From the human T2T-CHM13v2.0 reference genome, Homo sapiens, in the NCBI RefSeq assembly GCF_009914755.1, contig NC_060930.1: a stretch of DNA of 64,000 nucleotides. The stretch is one strand, 5' to 3'. The position numbers were made by a program, and so were the translations under genes. This document shows, piece by piece, positions 60,077 to 64,000 of the stretch. The notes below the pieces were generated by a model. That model was not told where the DNA came from. It searched no databases and was given only the letters and a program-made list of their open reading frames with translations. Numbering within the stretch: position 1 is the first letter of the stretch; each line of letters begins with the position of its first letter.

Positions 60077-61015
60077 TTGTGGTATATTTCAAAAGCAGCC
60101 ACAAATTCCTCCCTTTTTTATGTGTGCTCCTCTTTGCAATGTGACACTGCAGACTTCCCACCATGAGGTGGTGCCTATCTTTCCATTTCTTGAACCTGGA
60201 GATGACCATGAGACATGCCTTATCCAACAGCACTTTAGCAAATGTTTGCAAGCAGCGGCCTGAAAATTGCTTATGCATTTGAAACTTACACTCTTGCTGC
60301 TTTATGAAACTCTAATATATCTATGAAAGGACACCTGGACTAGCCTATAAGAAGAAAACAAATCATATGGATCAAAAATGAGAAATCCTAGTGAGAATTC
60401 CTAGATCATGCAGCAGCAGTTAACCCATCAAGATAAGAACTGCTCAGTTAACCCACAGGATCACAATGTGTGATTGTTGTCTTAAGCAACTAAGTATGGG
60501 ATGACTTGTTACACAGCAAAAGCTAACTGATACAATATCACATAGGACTCATTTCTATCTCCATTAATTACTTTCTTTGTTTATGGGATCAGACTGCTGG
60601 TGCTTAGAAGTAATTTCCCCCTTCTTCCTTTAAGTGAAGTTCCATATTTATCTGGATAAATGGCCAGCTATGGACTTTATTTTTCCAGCCATCTTGCAGC
60701 TATGTAAGGCTATGTGTAGGCTGGAGCCAGTAGAATGTGAACAGTAATAATTCAGGACAATGTCATGGTCATCCCCTTAAATACAATGCTGCTTTTATTT
60801 GACTCTCCTCCTCTCCTCTTTCTTGGATTGAAATGCAGACATGGCATAGCTAACCTCTAACTTTAAAGGAGAAAAAACACACGGGGGTTATTTTTTACCC
60901 ACCCTAGACTACTCACCTGAATTTGGACTGCTATGTGAAAACAAATTTCTACCATATTATAGTACCTCTGTATTGAATTTTAATTATTACAATAACTTAG
61001 CCTGTAATTAATGTA
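60077..61015 (+). mobile_element. Two adjacent MLT1-family MaLR LTR fossils (~60077-60534 and ~60590-61015)
   Basis: GCCACAAATTCCTCCC...CTCCTCTTTGCAATGTGAC...TTGTTACACAGCAAAAGCTAACTGATACA; the second copy has TTTTCCAGCCATCTTGCAGCTA and TTGGACTGCTATGTGA. Confidence 0.7.
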
Positions 61016-61230
61016 TTTACTGAAAATCAGTGGTGTGTGTCTTCAGACTTACTTATATCACATATATTTGTTATTATAAGTACATGATTTTTCAAAATAT
61101 TATTTCACCCAGTGAAATATGAGTACAAGTTAAAAGGAAGTTATTGTTTCTATGAATACTAACTTGAATACTTTGGAACAATTCAGTAAAGGCAAGTCAC
61201 TAAAAATCAAGTGTGATTAAGACAACTGGG

Positions 61231-61403
61231 GGCTGGGCACACTGGCTCATGCCTATAATCCCAGCGCTTTGGGAAGCCAATGCAGAAGGGTTGCTTGAGC
61301 CCAGGAGTGCAAGGCTGCAGTGACCCATGATCACACTACTGCACTCCAGCCTGGGCAATACAATGAGGACCCGTCTCAAAAAGAAAAAGAAAACAAACGA
61401 AAA
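61231..61403 (+). mobile_element. Monomeric Alu (FAM/FRAM-like or collapsed AluJ)
   Basis: Single arm with A tail; ACAACTG duplicated on both sides. Confidence 0.8.
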
Positions 61404-61494
61404 AACAACTGTGAATGATTGGGGGGATATCACCAAAACTTAAAAGATTCTTCCCTCAGAATGTTTCACAAGTTTCTATAAATTCCTCCTTTAC

Positions 61495-61828
61495 TTGGGT
61501 GCAGTGGCTCATGCCTGTAATCCCAGGACTTTGGGAAGCTGAGTTGGGATGATTGCTTGAGGCCAGGAGTTCGAGACCAGCCTATGCAACATAGCAAGTC
61601 TTCATTTCTAAAAAGAAATAAAGCTTAGTCAGGCATGGTGGCACACACCTGTAGTAGTAGGAGGCTGAGATGGGATCATTGTTTGAGGCCAGGAGTTTGA
61701 GGCTGCAGTGAGCTATGACTGAGCCAACTGCACTCCAGCTTGGGGGTGACAGAGCCAGACTCCAAATCTAAAATATTTTTTATATATGTATAATTTTATA
61801 ATATATATAATTTATAATATATATATAT
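61495..61828 (+). mobile_element. AluJ with (TA)-rich tail
   Basis: Dimer; TCCTTTACT duplicated on both sides. Confidence 0.88.
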
Positions 61829-61915
61829 TCCTTTACTGGACAAAATTTAACATTATAGGGGTGATGTTATATATGAGATTTATAAAAGAAAAGTAATCTG
61901 AACTCTAATCAGTAG

Positions 61916-62347
<432 letters not shown>

Positions 62348-62356
62348 CAAACTCGG

Positions 62357-62367
62357 TTTCTTTCTTT

Positions 62368-62411
<44 letters not shown>

Positions 62412-62422
62412 TTCTTTTCTTT

Positions 62423-62458
<36 letters not shown>

Positions 62459-62494
62459 TTCTTTTCTTTCTTTCTTTCTTTCTTTCTTTTCTTT

Positions 62495-62538
<44 letters not shown>

Positions 62539-62710
62539 TTCTTTCCCTTCCTTCCTTCCTCCCTTCCTCCCTTCCTTTCCTTCTTTTTCTTTCTTTTCTT
62601 TCTTTCTCTCCCTTCCTTCCTTTCCCTTTTTTACTTCATTCATTTCCCCCCCCTTTGGAGCTAGAAACTTAAGTGTGTGTGTGTGTGTGTGTGTCTGAGA
62701 GAGAGAGAGA
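62357..62710. repeat. Complex (CTTT)n/(CCTT)n tract of ~275 bp, followed by (GT)n(GA)n
   Basis: Read directly from the sequence. Confidence 0.95.
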
Positions 62711-62744
62711 GTGAAATCTGTTGGTTTTAAATGTCAGCAACTGT

Positions 62745-63225
62745 GTCAGAGACTACTCGCCATCTATCAAAATATATTCTCCTCTTCTTGGTCACACAGC
62801 TATCAAATACTTCCTCCTCTTCTTCTCGAGCACACAACTAGACCACATTTTGCAAGCTCCTCTGCATTTAGTTAGGGCCGCATGACTAGGTTCCAGCCAA
62901 TGGCAAGTGTGTAGAAGTGATTAATGTGTTCTATTTCCAGGCCTAGAGTATGAAACCTCATGTGCTCTTTTCCCCTTCCACTGCCTGAGATGTTGATGAT
63001 CAGGTGTTCCATGTATCCATGTAAGGCACAAATTGAGGATGATAGAGTTGCCTTCACCACAGGTCCCTGGAAAACTGCAGGAAGAGAGTCCTCCTGCTAC
63101 CTCCTTACCTGGAACACAGGAACATGCAATCTAGACTGAGTGAAACATCAACTTCAATTGTGGTTTAGCCACATTGTATTTTGAGTCTATTGGTTATACC
63201 TGTTTGGTCTACACTAACTAATAGA
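62745..63225 (+). mobile_element. MLT1-family MaLR LTR
   Basis: ACACAACTAGACCACATTT...GCCATGACTAGGTTCCAGCCAATGG...AGAAGTGAT...GGTCCCTG...TACACTAACTAATA. Confidence 0.7.
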
Positions 63226-63254
63226 GCTACCAACAGCAATTAAAATATTATGCA

Positions 63255-63383
63255 GGTGTTCTCACTTATAATTGAGAGCTAAATGATGAGAACTCATGAG
63301 CACAAGGAAGGGAATAACAGACACTGGGGTCTACTTGAGGGTTGAGGGTGTGAGGAGCGAGAGGAGCAGAAAAAACAGCTATT
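63255..63383 (+). mobile_element. Short L1PA (about PA11-16) 3' UTR fragment
   Basis: TGTTCTCACTTATAA...GAGCTAAATGATGAGAACTCATG...ACAGACACTGGGGTCTACTTGAGGG. Confidence 0.8.
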
Positions 63384-63729
63384 ACCATCATACTGGCATA
63401 TTACCAGTATGCAGGGCAGGATTCTGTCCTTTGAGCCCATGCCTTGGAAACTGCCTTTAAGGATCTTTTTAGTTTCATTTCTCCATTCAGAAAATGCAGG
63501 GAATTCTTTTATTCTTTTTCTTCCTTCTGAGTCTCTATTTTTGCATAGTCCTTTTTAAAGAAGAAAATGATAAACTAATAGTTGCTTCTTTCTTTCCTTT
63601 TTTCCATTTTACCCTACCCTATTCTATCTTTTTTCTTTATTTTTCCCTAGTCTTTAGCTTTTTATTTTAGTTTTTTCTTTAGCTTTCATTTTTGTGCAGG
63701 TACAAAAATGTGTGTGTGTGTGTCTCTAA

Positions 63730-64000
<271 letters not shown>

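Overview
Hominid (very likely human) non-coding DNA, intergenic or deep intronic. It is AT-rich and mostly transposon-derived. I found no host protein-coding exon and no rRNA, tRNA or snRNA gene. The only real protein-coding sequences are LINE-1-derived. The main feature is a full-length (~6.02 kb) L1PA2-like element (15128-21167, +, perfect 16-bp TSD). It has an intact ORF1, an open antisense ORF0, and an ORF2 interrupted by a single nonsense codon (Q681*). About 14 kb downstream, a 1.3-kb L1PA3-like 3' fragment with a tiny 5' inversion is nested in an old L1MA. The window also holds about 25 Alus, a solo LTR8, several MaLR/ERVL LTRs, hAT and Tigger fossils and microsatellites. A CpG-retaining, motif-dense island at ~48.4-49.3 kb looks like a promoter or enhancer, and a 150-nt candidate exon lies at 53699-53848. 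I see no convincing evidence of a novel biological system. The best leads are local: the near-intact L1, possible gene conversion between the two young L1s, rearrangement scars, and the regulatory island with a possible lncRNA. Repeat subfamily calls come from recalled consensus sequences and need RepeatMasker/Dfam confirmation.
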